Source: Candidatus Micrarchaeota archaeon (GTDB taxonomy: Archaea > Micrarchaeota > Micrarchaeia > Norongarragalinales > SBBD01). From it: 21,065 bases of DNA. Where the stretch lies: contig JAZDGU010000006.1 of NCBI GenBank assembly GCA_043806595.1, positions 1 to 21,065 on the forward strand, written 5' to 3'. Every line of letters starts with the position of its first letter. Positions within the stretch are counted from its first letter, which is position 1. Position numbers and translations under genes: made by a program. This document shows, piece by piece, positions 8,098-15,981 of the stretch. The notes below the pieces were generated by a model that did no database searches, was not told the origin of the DNA, and worked only from the letters and a program-made list of their open reading frames with translations.

Positions 8098-9633
8098 TTA
8101 CTCGTATTCGATGGTGGAGGGCGGCTTCTGGCTGACGTCGTAGAGGACGCGGTTCACCCCGCGCACGTCGTTGCATATCCTCGAGCTGATGCGCTCGAGC
8201 ACATCCGGCGGGATCTTGGCCCAGTCCGCGGTCATCCCGTCCCTGCTCGTCACCGCGCGCAGCGCGATGATGTAGTCGTACGTCCTCTGGTCGGCCATCA
8301 CGCCCACAGTCTTGATGGGCAGCAGCGCCGCGAAATACTGCCAGATTTTCTTATCAAGCCCGGCCTTCGCGATTTCCTCCCTGAATATCGCGTCCGACTC
8401 GCGCACGATTTCCAGCCTCTCTTCCGTGATCTCTCCGAGCACGCGGATGGCGAGCCCGGGCCCCGGGAACGGCTGCCTCCAGACGCGCGCGTGCGGCAGT
8501 CCCAGCATCTCGCCGAGCTCGCGGACTTCGTCCTTGTAGAGCTCCTGCAGCGGCTCGAGGATCTTCAGGCGCATCTTCTCGGGAAGAGTCAGGTTGTGGT
8601 GGCTCTTTATCTTCTCCGCGGTCTGCGAGGCCTGCGCGCTCTCGATGCGGTCGGGGTAGATGGTGCCCTGCGCGAGGAATTTTATGCCCGCTTTCTTCCC
8701 GAGCTCGCGTGCCTTCTCCTCGAATGCCTCGATGAACGCGTGCCCGATGGCCTTCCGCTTCTGCTCGGGGTCGGCTACGCCCTTCAGCCTGCCGAGGAAG
8801 AGTTTGCTGGCGTCAACGACCTCGAAGTGCCGGAATCCGGCCTTGCGGAAGAACTCCCGCGTCTCCCTGACCTCGCCCTTGCGCATCAGCCCCGTGTCGA
8901 TGAACACGCAGTACAGCTGTTCCGGAACGGCTTTGTTCAGCAGCGCCGCGGTGACCAGCGAGTCGACTCCACCGGAGACCGCGATGAGCACGCCCTCCCT
9001 GCCGACAGTGGCGCGCACCTGCTCGACAAGCCTCTCGTCCAAACCCTTGAGCGAATAGTCCTTCCCCGCCTTGCATACCCCGAACACGAAGTTGGAGAGC
9101 ATCCTGTTGCCGTTCTTCGTGTGCACGACCTCGGGGTGGAACTGCATGCCGTAAAGCTTCCGCGCGCGGTCCTCGAATGCGGCAACAGGGCACTTCCCGG
9201 TGCTGCCCGTCGCCTCGAAGCCTTTCGGGAGCCTGCTGACCGCGTCGCCGTGCGACATCCAGACCTGCTCGGGCCCCTCGAGCCCCTTGAACAGGTCGCT
9301 TCCCTGCGAGACCGCCATGTCTTCCTTGCCGTACTGCCTCTGCTCCCCCCGCCTCGCCAGCCCCGCGCCGTACTTCATCGCGATGAGCTGTTCGCCGTAG
9401 CAGATTCCCAGCAGGGGCACCTTGAGGTCGAATATCCTCATGTCCGGCATGATTGCGTCCTTCGCGGTGATGGCCGCAGGGCCGCCCGAGAGGATGATTC
9501 CTTCCGGCTTCAACGCCTTGATTTCCGCGATGCCCGCGTCGTAGCGCAGTATCTCCGCGCTCGCGCTCAAGTCCTTGATCCTGCGCGCGATGAGGTGCAC
9601 GTACTGTCCGCCGAAGTCGAGAACGATTATCAT
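8098..9633 (-). CDS. guaA: GMP synthase (glutamine-hydrolysing), fused GATase + ATP-PPase
   Basis: IIVLDFGGQY, ILSGGP, GICYG, MSHGD, QFHPEV, SGGVDS, IKSHHN, PFPGPGL, KPPSTIEYE. GGAGGGG SD before ATG 9633. Confidence 0.98.
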   Translation of the reverse strand: MIIVLDFGGQYVHLIARRIKDLSASAEILRYDAGIAEIKALKPEGIILSGGPAAITAKDAIMPDMRIFDLKVPLLGICYGEQLIAMKYGAGLARRGEQRQYGKEDMAVSQGSDLFKGLEGPEQVWMSHGDAVSRLPKGFEATGSTGKCPVAAFEDRARKLYGMQFHPEVVHTKNGNRMLSNFVFGVCKAGKDYSLKGLDERLVEQVRATVGREGVLIAVSGGVDSLVTAALLNKAVPEQLYCVFIDTGLMRKGEVRETREFFRKAGFRHFEVVDASKLFLGRLKGVADPEQKRKAIGHAFIEAFEEKARELGKKAGIKFLAQGTIYPDRIESAQASQTAEKIKSHHNLTLPEKMRLKILEPLQELYKDEVRELGEMLGLPHARVWRQPFPGPGLAIRVLGEITEERLEIVRESDAIFREEIAKAGLDKKIWQYFAALLPIKTVGVMADQRTYDYIIALRAVTSRDGMTADWAKIPPDVLERISSRICNDVRGVNRVLYDVSQKPPSTIEYE

Positions 9634-9694
9634 GCCCGCTGACCCCTCCGAATGACTTAGAATTAGCAACAATTAAAGGAATAAGTGGTTAATA

Positions 9695-10384
9695 ATGGTT
9701 ATGCCCGAGCGAGAAACTCGCGCCTTCTGGCTGTACCGGCGGCTGCTGGCGGAATACGGCCCGCAGGGATGGTGGCCGACGCTGGACAAAGGCGGTAATT
9801 GCGTTTACCATGCCGGCGTACATTCCATTCCCCGCATCGAGCGCGAGCGCGTCCAAATCGTTGTCGGCGCCCTTCTGGCAACGAATACCAACTGGAGGAA
9901 CGCCTCCTCCGCGCTCAAGAACCTGCACTCCGCGCGCAAACTGAGCCTCGCTTCCCTCGCCTCAGTTACCCTGCCGACGCTTGCCCGCATCATCCGTCCC
10001 TCGGGATACTTCAACCAGAAGGCCTTGCGCCTGAAATCTTTCGCGAAATACGTCTGCGGCAATTACGGCTGCTCGCTTGGAACGATGTTTTCCGGCAAGG
10101 CCGCGCCCGCTCTGCGTGCCGAACTGCTGTCCCTGCACGGCGTCGGCCCGGAGACCGCGGACTCCATCCTCCTCTACGCCGCAAGGCGCCCTTCCTTCGT
10201 CGTCGACGCCTACACCTTCCGCCTCAACGACCGCCTCGGGCTCTGCAGGCTAAAGGCCAAGTCGCATGAGAAGCGGTACGCCGAATTGCAGGAGTATTTC
10301 GAATCCAACCTGCCGAAGTCCGTGCCCCTCTACAATGAGTTCCACGCCCTCATCGTCGAATGGGGCAAACGGAATTCATCCTGA
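9695..10384 (+). CDS. HhH-GPD DNA glycosylase / endonuclease III-related protein (COG2231-like)
   Basis: GPQGWWP, VGALLATNTNWRNA, IRPSGYFNQKA, LLSLHGVGPETADSILLYA, VVDAYT, NEFHALIV. Confidence 0.9.
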   Translation: MVMPERETRAFWLYRRLLAEYGPQGWWPTLDKGGNCVYHAGVHSIPRIERERVQIVVGALLATNTNWRNASSALKNLHSARKLSLASLASVTLPTLARIIRPSGYFNQKALRLKSFAKYVCGNYGCSLGTMFSGKAAPALRAELLSLHGVGPETADSILLYAARRPSFVVDAYTFRLNDRLGLCRLKAKSHEKRYAELQEYFESNLPKSVPLYNEFHALIVEWGKRNSS

Positions 10385-10798
10385 TTTCTCTTCCTCCCTC
10401 GGATGGGTCTTGCGGGGCTTGGGTTCGTGGAGAAGGAATTCATGGACATTTATTATCCTCCTACCCGGGTGCTTCTCGTCTTGGGCGTGGGCATTGAGCA
10501 TGTCCTCAATTATCTCGCGGGAATGCTTGAAGTCGCTCCTCTTAATCCCGTCCGCCCAGACTTTGATCAGGTAATTGCCTTTAGGGGTAGTCGTAACATC
10601 GTGGTCAACCCGCTTGGCAGTCGCTTGCTTAGCAATTGCCTGGGCTATTTTCCAAACGGAGCTTTCTTTCTCAATCAGCCTGTGCGGGATCACGGCTGTG
10701 AACCGGATTGTCCCGGAACCATCCTGATTCCTTTCGGCTCGGATTCGCTTTCTTTGGATTTCAGGAACGCTCAATAGTTTCTCCAATGCGTTGTGCAT
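10376..10798 (-). CDS. Hypothetical protein (AT-richer than neighbours)
   Basis: 140-aa basic ORF with a GGTGG SD before ATG 10798 and an ATATAAA TATA at ~10833-10839 on the minus strand. No recognisable motif. Confidence 0.6.
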   Translation of the reverse strand: MHNALEKLLSVPEIQRKRIRAERNQDGSGTIRFTAVIPHRLIEKESSVWKIAQAIAKQATAKRVDHDVTTTPKGNYLIKVWADGIKRSDFKHSREIIEDMLNAHAQDEKHPGRRIINVHEFLLHEPKPRKTHPREEEKSG

Positions 10799-10939
10799 TT
10801 TTCCACCTTCATCCCATACCGGCATTTCCGGATTTATATTCCTTTTCCACGAACAGCGCATCGAAGCTACGCTTCCTGCCGTATTGCGCTTCGTTTGCTG
10901 CAAACCCTTTTAAACAACGGCATGCAAAATGCGTGTAGT

Positions 10940-11362
10940 ATGGAAACAGGCATCAAAGTAGGAGATGTGATGCAGTCCCGCCTGATCAGCCTGGACTCGG
11001 AGAGCACGGTCCTTGAGGCAGCGAAGCTGATGAAGAAGAACAACATCGGCAGCGTCCTCGTGGAAATCTCCGGCAGGATTTCGGGGATAGTGACGCACAC
11101 GGACCTCGTGGAACGCTGCTTGGCCGAAGGGAGGAGCTCGTCTTGCAGGCTCAAGGAAGTCATGACCAAGCCCCTCGTCGGGGTGGAGCCGGACGCCGAC
11201 ATTTCGGATGCGGCCAAGCTGATGGGAAACGAGGACCTGCGGAGGCTCGTTGTATTCAAGAGCGACAGGATCGTGGGCATCATCTCGGAGAAGGACATCA
11301 TCAAGATCTCGCCGTCTTTGTATGACCTGATTGCGGAGAAGGTTGAAGGACACTTGCGTTGA
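10940..11362 (+). CDS. Tandem CBS-domain protein
   Basis: KVGDVM..TVLEAAKLMKKNNIGSVLV..GIVTHTDL and KEVMTKPL..DAAKLM..RRLVV..GIISEKDI. TTTTAAA at 10908-10914 lies ~26 nt before ATG 10940, consistent with a leaderless start. Confidence 0.93.
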   Translation: METGIKVGDVMQSRLISLDSESTVLEAAKLMKKNNIGSVLVEISGRISGIVTHTDLVERCLAEGRSSSCRLKEVMTKPLVGVEPDADISDAAKLMGNEDLRRLVVFKSDRIVGIISEKDIIKISPSLYDLIAEKVEGHLR

Positions 11363-11368
11363 ACGTGT

Positions 11369-11503
11369 GGGAACTGGCCGGTGTTAACTTGAATTTTTCA
11401 CGAAGCGGAAGGCCCTTGTGCACGGATGGCTCGCAAACCGCGAAAGCGGGATGAGAGCGCAGCCAACAGTGCATGGGGTCCCTCAATTTCCCGGCTAATT
11501 CCC
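11369..11503 (+). ncRNA. Putative structured RNA (nested stem-loop with K-turn-like motif and GAAA tetraloop) upstream of dnaG
   Basis: Nested complementary segments: 11369-81/11491-503, 11389-92/11483-86, 11411-23/11469-80, 11427-31/11461-65, and CCGC-GAAA-GCGG. G-U pairs favour the + strand. Confidence 0.6.
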
Positions 11504-11565
11504 TTTTCCGCGCAAGACGTCCTCCCAACCCTTCCCTCCGCCATGCAAAACACGGGTGAAAGGAA

Positions 11566-12906
11566 ATGGGGAAGACGTACATTGACACGGTAAAATACCT
11601 GGTCAAGGCCAACTTCGAGATCGGCGGCATCGTCGAGAAGCCGGACGTCGTCGGCGCGGTTTTCGGCCAGACGGAGGGCCTCCTGGGCGACGAGCTTGAC
11701 CTGCGCGAGCTCCAGAAGAACGGCCGCATCGGGCGCATCGAGGTCAACATAAACGTCCGCAGCGGCAAGAGCTTCGGCAACATCCTGATTCCGAGCTCCC
11801 TCGACATGGTCGAGACGAGCCTGCTCGCGGCGTCCCTGGAAATCGTGGACCGCGTCGGTCCCTGCGAGGCGAGGATCGGCGTCGACAAGATCGAGGACAC
11901 GCGCAACATGAAGCGCAAGCTGCTGCTCGACCGCGCGAAAACCCTGCTCAGGACGGTCATTGTCGACGAGATCCCGGATAGCAAGGAGCTCGCGGACATG
12001 GTCAGGGACGAGTTCAAGACCGCGGAGGTGCAGTCTTACGGCGAGGACAAGCTCCCGTGCGGTCCCGAGCTCTCCAAGAGCGAGGCCATCATCATCGTCG
12101 AGGGCCGCGCCGACGTCATCAACCTCCTGAAGAACGGAATCAAGAACTGCGTCGCCATCGGGGGCGCGAACGTCGGCAAGACGATTTGCGAGCTCGCCAA
12201 GCAGAAGGACGCGACAGTCTTCCTCGACGGCGACCGCGGCGGCGACATAATCCTGCGCGAGCTCATGCACGCTACGGAGATCGACTACGTCGCGCGCGCG
12301 CCGCAGGGCAAGGAGGTCGAGGAGCTGGCGCGCAAGGAGATCATCATGGCGCTCAGGCGCAAGATCCCGGCTGAGCAGGCCGAAGCCGAGCTCAAGGACC
12401 AGATAAGCGACCGCGAGGCGCGCTACGACAACCGCGGAAGGTTCGACCGCGGCCGCAGGTCGGAGCGCGGCGATTTCCGCGGCGGCGACCGCGAGTCCGC
12501 GAGGCTCGTGAGGCCCGCGCCCCAGCAGGAGCCGCAGGCTGCGCTCGCGGAACCGCAGCAGGCCGCGCAGCCTCCGCAGCGGAGCGCGCCCGAGCCCGTG
12601 CTGACGCCCGAGGAGCAGGTCCAGGCCGAGGCACTCAAGGCCAGCCTTAAGGAGCTCGAGGGCACCCTCAAGGCGAGGTTCGTCGGGGCCGACCTCAAGC
12701 AGCTTGCCGAGGTCCCCATCCGCGAGATAATGACCTCCCTGACGGACGCCCCCGGCGTGTACGCCGTCGTGCTGGACGGCATAGTCACGCAGAGGCTCGT
12801 CGACCTCGCCGAGCAGAAGGGCGTGTCCTTCGCGGTCGGCCTGCGCGCGGGCAACCTCGAGCGCCAGCCGCAGTCCCTGAAGATAGTGCTCGCCGAGAGG
12901 GGCTGA
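11566..12906 (+). CDS. dnaG: Archaeal DnaG (TOPRIM-domain, exosome-associated primase-like protein)
   Basis: KYLVKANFEIGGIVEKPDVVGAVFGQTEGLLGDELDLRELQKNGRIGRI, TOPRIM IIVEGRADV..DGDRGG, and DGIVTQRLVDLA. GGTGA SD. Confidence 0.97.
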   Translation: MGKTYIDTVKYLVKANFEIGGIVEKPDVVGAVFGQTEGLLGDELDLRELQKNGRIGRIEVNINVRSGKSFGNILIPSSLDMVETSLLAASLEIVDRVGPCEARIGVDKIEDTRNMKRKLLLDRAKTLLRTVIVDEIPDSKELADMVRDEFKTAEVQSYGEDKLPCGPELSKSEAIIIVEGRADVINLLKNGIKNCVAIGGANVGKTICELAKQKDATVFLDGDRGGDIILRELMHATEIDYVARAPQGKEVEELARKEIIMALRRKIPAEQAEAELKDQISDREARYDNRGRFDRGRRSERGDFRGGDRESARLVRPAPQQEPQAALAEPQQAAQPPQRSAPEPVLTPEEQVQAEALKASLKELEGTLKARFVGADLKQLAEVPIREIMTSLTDAPGVYAVVLDGIVTQRLVDLAEQKGVSFAVGLRAGNLERQPQSLKIVLAERG

Positions 12907-12916
12907 CCGGCTTCCC

Positions 12917-12934
12917 TTTTTTATTTTTCTTTTT
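12917..12934 (+). terminator. Oligo-T archaeal terminator after dnaG
   Basis: TTTTTTATTTTTCTTTTT about 10 nt after the stop codon. Confidence 0.7.
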
Positions 12935-12989
12935 ACCGCGCCTTAGCGCGAGCCTTAAATACTAGTTCGATCACGTGCTAGTCATTGCC

Positions 12990-13049
12990 TTGATTTCCCA
13001 GATTGGGTGTTGATTTCCTCGATTGGGGGTTTATAGTTTCGATGGGGGG
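12990..13049 (+). repeat. Three imperfect tandem 20-nt repeats in the NYN gene leader
   Basis: TTGATTTCCCAGATTGGGTG / TTGATTTCCTCGATTGGGGG / TTTATAGTTTCGATGGGGGG. Confidence 0.7.
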
Positions 13050-13057
13050 TGGTCAGC

Positions 13058-13519
13058 GTGCCTAATGTCCTCGACCAGTTCAAGTCCGTGATTGCGAAAG
13101 CCAAGCGCGAGAAGACCATCGCCTGCTTCGTCGACGGCCCGAACATGATCCGCAAGGAGCTCGGCGTCGACCTGGACAAGATCCGCAAGCGCCTGCAGAA
13201 GCACGGCCAGTTGAAGGTCGCCAAGGTGTTCCTCGACCAGTTCGCCTCCGACAAGCTCATCGAGGCCGTCACAAACCAGGGCTACGAGGTGGTCATCGTA
13301 CCTTCCGATGTCGACGTCGCCCTCGCCGTGGATGCCATGGAGTTCGTCTTCAACCCGGACATCGACATAATCGCGGTCGTGTCCCGGGACTCGGACTACA
13401 AGCCGCTGCTGACCAAGGCCAAGGCGAAGGGGAAGGAGGCCATCGTCGTCGGCACCGAGCCGGACTTCTCGAGCGCGCTGAAGAACACCGCCGACATCGT
13501 AATAAACCTAAAGGATTGA
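13058..13519 (+). CDS. NYN-domain (PIN-like) protein, TIGR00288/LabA-DUF88 type
   Basis: FVDGPNMIRKE, SDVDVALAVDAME, SRDSDYKPL..AKAKGK..VVG, ALKNTAD. The GTG start may be 13049 or 13058; 13058 fits the GGGGTGG SD. TATA TTAAATA at 12955-12961. Confidence 0.92.
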   Translation: MPNVLDQFKSVIAKAKREKTIACFVDGPNMIRKELGVDLDKIRKRLQKHGQLKVAKVFLDQFASDKLIEAVTNQGYEVVIVPSDVDVALAVDAMEFVFNPDIDIIAVVSRDSDYKPLLTKAKAKGKEAIVVGTEPDFSSALKNTADIVINLKD

Positions 13520-13537
13520 GCCGCCGCACGGGGGCTG

Positions 13538-14092
13538 CTATACCTTGGAGATCAGCAGGTTCAGCACGAGCACGACGATGGAAATCAGCAGCACCTTGAT
13601 CCCGTTGGTGAGCAGGCTCGCTCGGTTGTAGTGCCCCAAATATACGCCTAGTAGGAACAGGAGGCCCATCGCCGAAAGCACGGACGCGGTCACGGCCGCC
13701 GTATACGGGAGGAACAGCAGCGGGAGGGCCGCGAAGAGGATGCCGAGGAATGCCGCGCCGCTGTTCGTGAACGACCTGATGAGCACCTTCTTTCGCAGCT
13801 TGTAGCCGAGGAGCGTGTGCTTGAGGTGGCCGCGCTTGAGCCCCATCGCCTTCTCGATGCGGTGCCTCTCCTTGTTGATTTCAGCCTGCTCCGCCAGATA
13901 CGCGCCCGAGAAATTCGACGCCGAAATGCCTATCCCTATCCCGATGAGGATGCGGAACAGCGCCGAGGGCTCGCTGACGCCGGCGAGGTACGCCGCGGAG
14001 ACGGCGCTGAGTGCCGCGAGGCTCCCGTCCATCATGCCTAGCGTGATGTAGCGTGCGTGGGAGAAGAACCGTTTGACCCTATCCGCGAGCAC
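13538..14092 (-). CDS. VIT1/CCC1-family membrane protein (TIGR00267-like)
   Basis: ARYITLGMMDGSL, SNFSGAYLAEQAE, five hydrophobic segments, directly downstream of a DUF211 gene. Confidence 0.85.
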   Translation of the reverse strand: MLADRVKRFFSHARYITLGMMDGSLAALSAVSAAYLAGVSEPSALFRILIGIGIGISASNFSGAYLAEQAEINKERHRIEKAMGLKRGHLKHTLLGYKLRKKVLIRSFTNSGAAFLGILFAALPLLFLPYTAAVTASVLSAMGLLFLLGVYLGHYNRASLLTNGIKVLLISIVVLVLNLLISKV

Positions 14093-14099
14093 GGGGGCG

Positions 14100-14354
14100 C
14101 TACCTCTCTCCCAGCATGCGCTGGACGTTCTGGATGACCCCGCCGTAATCGGAGATCACGTGCGCGACCTTCTCGTAGGAGACGTCGTTTCCCTCGACGG
14201 TGACGAGCAGGGTCTCCGTGCTTTTCTCGAAGTCGGTGAGGCGGATTTCCACGCGCTTGGCCTGCGATATCTTCTCGAGTGCCTTGAGAAGGTCGACGGT
14301 CTGGAGCTCGGAAGGCTTCATGACCTCGAGAGTAACCGACTTGAGCTTGATCAT
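14100..14354 (-). CDS. DUF211 (MTH889-like) protein
   Basis: LKSVTLEVMKP..TETLLVTVEGNDVSYEKV..I.DYGGVIQNV. ATG 14354 with a G-rich SD and TTTTATA at ~14391-14397 on the minus strand. Confidence 0.8.
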   Translation of the reverse strand: MIKLKSVTLEVMKPSELQTVDLLKALEKISQAKRVEIRLTDFEKSTETLLVTVEGNDVSYEKVAHVISDYGGVIQNVQRMLGER

Positions 14355-14406
14355 TTCCCAATCCCCCTTACCGTCATTTGGCAGGAGTCGTATAAAAGCG
14401 TTTAGC

Positions 14407-15003
14407 TTAATGCCGGCGCAGGCTTCCCGCATGCATGGAGGCGGAGGGTCTTCCTGTTGCCCATGCGTCCGATTCCTGGCTGCCGGCCAGGACTGCTTCT
14501 ATTGCCGGCGTCAGGATCGCGGCCCCGAGCACGTTGCCCAGCAGGTGGTATGCGGTGAACGGCACCTGCCCCGCGACCGTCACCGAGAGGGGCTGGCCGA
14601 ACTGCCATCCGAAGACGAGCGCTGTTGCTGCGTCGAATATTACCGTTGCACCTGCGGCGAAACCCACCCGGTTTTTCAGGTTCAGCTTCCTTGAGGCAAA
14701 GAATTTGCCGGCACCATAGCCGATTACGGCATAGGTTGCCCCGGCGTAGAGAGTCCACAGCCCGAGCCTTCCGGATATGAGGTCCCACGAAGCCAGCGCC
14801 ACGAAGGCGAACGCGGCCCCGGCAACCGGGCCCATCCTCTTCGCAAATGGCAGAGCCGTTGCCATGATGGGCTCGAGGTTCGGCAGCGGCATCGGGATGA
14901 CGCGGAAGAGTACGGTTGCGACTAGCCCAAGGAAATATTTCGCCGGTTCCGCCAGCCTCATATCCGTCATCCCCCTGTTTTGTTGCCAAAGGCGTTTATT
15001 CAT
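14407..15003 (-). CDS. ECF-type transporter S-component, putative cobalamin-specific (CbrT/DUF6580-like)
   Basis: Small protein with ~6 TM segments, FRVIPMPLPNLEPIMAT, GQVPFTAYHLLGN. ATG 15003 overlaps the upstream stop (ATGA); 14970 and 14961 are alternative starts. The ORF-track 5' extension to 15357 is spurious. Confidence 0.7.
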   Translation of the reverse strand: MNKRLWQQNRGMTDMRLAEPAKYFLGLVATVLFRVIPMPLPNLEPIMATALPFAKRMGPVAGAAFAFVALASWDLISGRLGLWTLYAGATYAVIGYGAGKFFASRKLNLKNRVGFAAGATVIFDAATALVFGWQFGQPLSVTVAGQVPFTAYHLLGNVLGAAILTPAIEAVLAGSQESDAWATGRPSASMHAGSLRRH

Positions 15004-15404
15004 GTGAGTCCGGGGTCGATTTCCTCGTACCGCCATTCTATCGTCTGCGGTTTCTCGATCTTGTATGCCGAGACCCCCTCGCTTCCCAGCCTGCCGTCGA
15101 CGTAGTACTGCCAGTATTTCTGGTTGCCCCCGCTGTCCTGCCGCACGCCGTCTATGGCGGTTATCAGGTTGCCCATTTCTCCGTATTGCTTGTATTCGAT
15201 TTCCGTATACCTCTGCATGGCCTCGAAGAGAGTCCACCCCTTCTCCACGCCGACGTGCCGGATCTGAATCCCGCTCCCGTCGTTTACCGCGAGCGTGATG
15301 TTCAATGCCACCGGCTCCGCCGCGGATGGCGTCGCAAGCGCCTGCTGCTGGACGCACCCCGCGAGAACGAGCGCGAGTCCGACGGCAAGAATCCTCCAGT
15401 CCAT
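15000..15404 (-). CDS. DUF4430 (transcobalamin-like) lipoprotein
   Basis: Lipobox LVLAG|C, then GWTLFEAM..YGEMGNLITAIDGV..KYWQYYVDG..GVSAYKI..IEWRYE. GAGGTG SD. Confidence 0.85.
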   Translation of the reverse strand: MDWRILAVGLALVLAGCVQQQALATPSAAEPVALNITLAVNDGSGIQIRHVGVEKGWTLFEAMQRYTEIEYKQYGEMGNLITAIDGVRQDSGGNQKYWQYYVDGRLGSEGVSAYKIEKPQTIEWRYEEIDPGLT

Positions 15405-15442
15405 TTTCCCCGCACCTCGTCAGCAGAACATGTGAACGGCAT

Positions 15443-15901
15443 TCATCCCTTCTTCTTGAGAAGCCTGTGGAGCTCGGTCTCGAAGTCCTCGACGTCCGCG
15501 AACTCGCGATAAACCGAAGCGAAGCGGATGTAGGCGACCTTGTCCACGGCCTTGAGCTTCCTCATGACCAGCTCGCCGATTTCGGCGCTCGACACCTCGG
15601 TCGACTTCCTCCTCCTCAGCTCCATCTCGATCTCGTCGGCCATCTTGTCGATCTTCTCCTGCGAGACCGGGCGCTTCTCGCACGCCTTCCTGATGCCAGC
15701 CTCCAGCTTCTTCCGGTCGAAATGCTCGGTCTTGCCGTCCTTCTTGTGCACCAGCAAATCGACCATCTCCACGCGCTCGTAGGTCGTGAACCTCTTGCTG
15801 CACTTCTCACACTTCCGGCGCCGCCTCGTTATCTCGAAGTCCTCGGCGTCCCTCGAGTCCAGCACGCTTGTCTCCGCGTGTCCGCAATACGGGCATTTCA
15901 T
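15443..15901 (-). CDS. nrdR: Transcriptional repressor NrdR (Zn-ribbon + ATP-cone)
   Basis: MKCPYCG..VLDSR..RRRRKCEKCSKRFTTYE, KKDG..E.FDRKKL, KRPVS, IGELVM..L..VDKVAYIRFASVYREF. ATG 15901 with a GAGGGG SD. Confidence 0.97.
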   Translation of the reverse strand: MKCPYCGHAETSVLDSRDAEDFEITRRRRKCEKCSKRFTTYERVEMVDLLVHKKDGKTEHFDRKKLEAGIRKACEKRPVSQEKIDKMADEIEMELRRRKSTEVSSAEIGELVMRKLKAVDKVAYIRFASVYREFADVEDFETELHRLLKKKG

Positions 15902-15933
15902 TTCCCAACGACCCCTCGCAATTGACGCATGAA

Positions 15934-15981
15934 CCACTATATATTGTATGCGTTTTTCCAGCTTACCACTATCGGTTGGTA
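15934..15981. promoter_or_regulatory. Tandem NrdR boxes
   Basis: CCACTATATATTGTAT (15934-15949) closely matches the NrdR consensus acaCwAtATaTwGtgt. A weaker CCACTATCGGTTGGTA (15966-15981) starts 32 bp away, the typical tandem spacing. Confidence 0.8.

Noticed and set aside
7597..9642. 681-aa plus-strand ORF, and other long overlapping ORFs such as 3879-5033, 4864-5880, 6434-7507, 11398-12270 and 17256-18077
   Set aside because: These are antisense or off-frame shadows of well-supported genes, expected with high GC3, and show no protein motifs.
11369..11503. Assigning the structured RNA as SRP RNA, H/ACA guide, c-di-GMP riboswitch or a BHB-flanked element
   Set aside because: There is no SRP helix-8 motif, no pseudouridylation pocket between the ACA-proximal stem and the K-turn, and no canonical bulge-helix-bulge. 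Only the generic GA/K-turn part resembles riboswitches.
12990..13049. CRISPR array
   Set aside because: The repeats are directly adjacent with no spacers, only 20 nt long, and there are no cas genes.
15004..15357. Long N-terminal extension of the S-component ORF, suggesting a fusion or frameshift with DUF4430
   Set aside because: The extension is Arg-rich nonsense overlapping DUF4430. An ATGA stop/start overlap explains the layout.
15420..15446. 8-codon ORF MNAVHMFC coupled to the nrdR stop
   Set aside because: Too short and expected by chance; there is no evidence of function.
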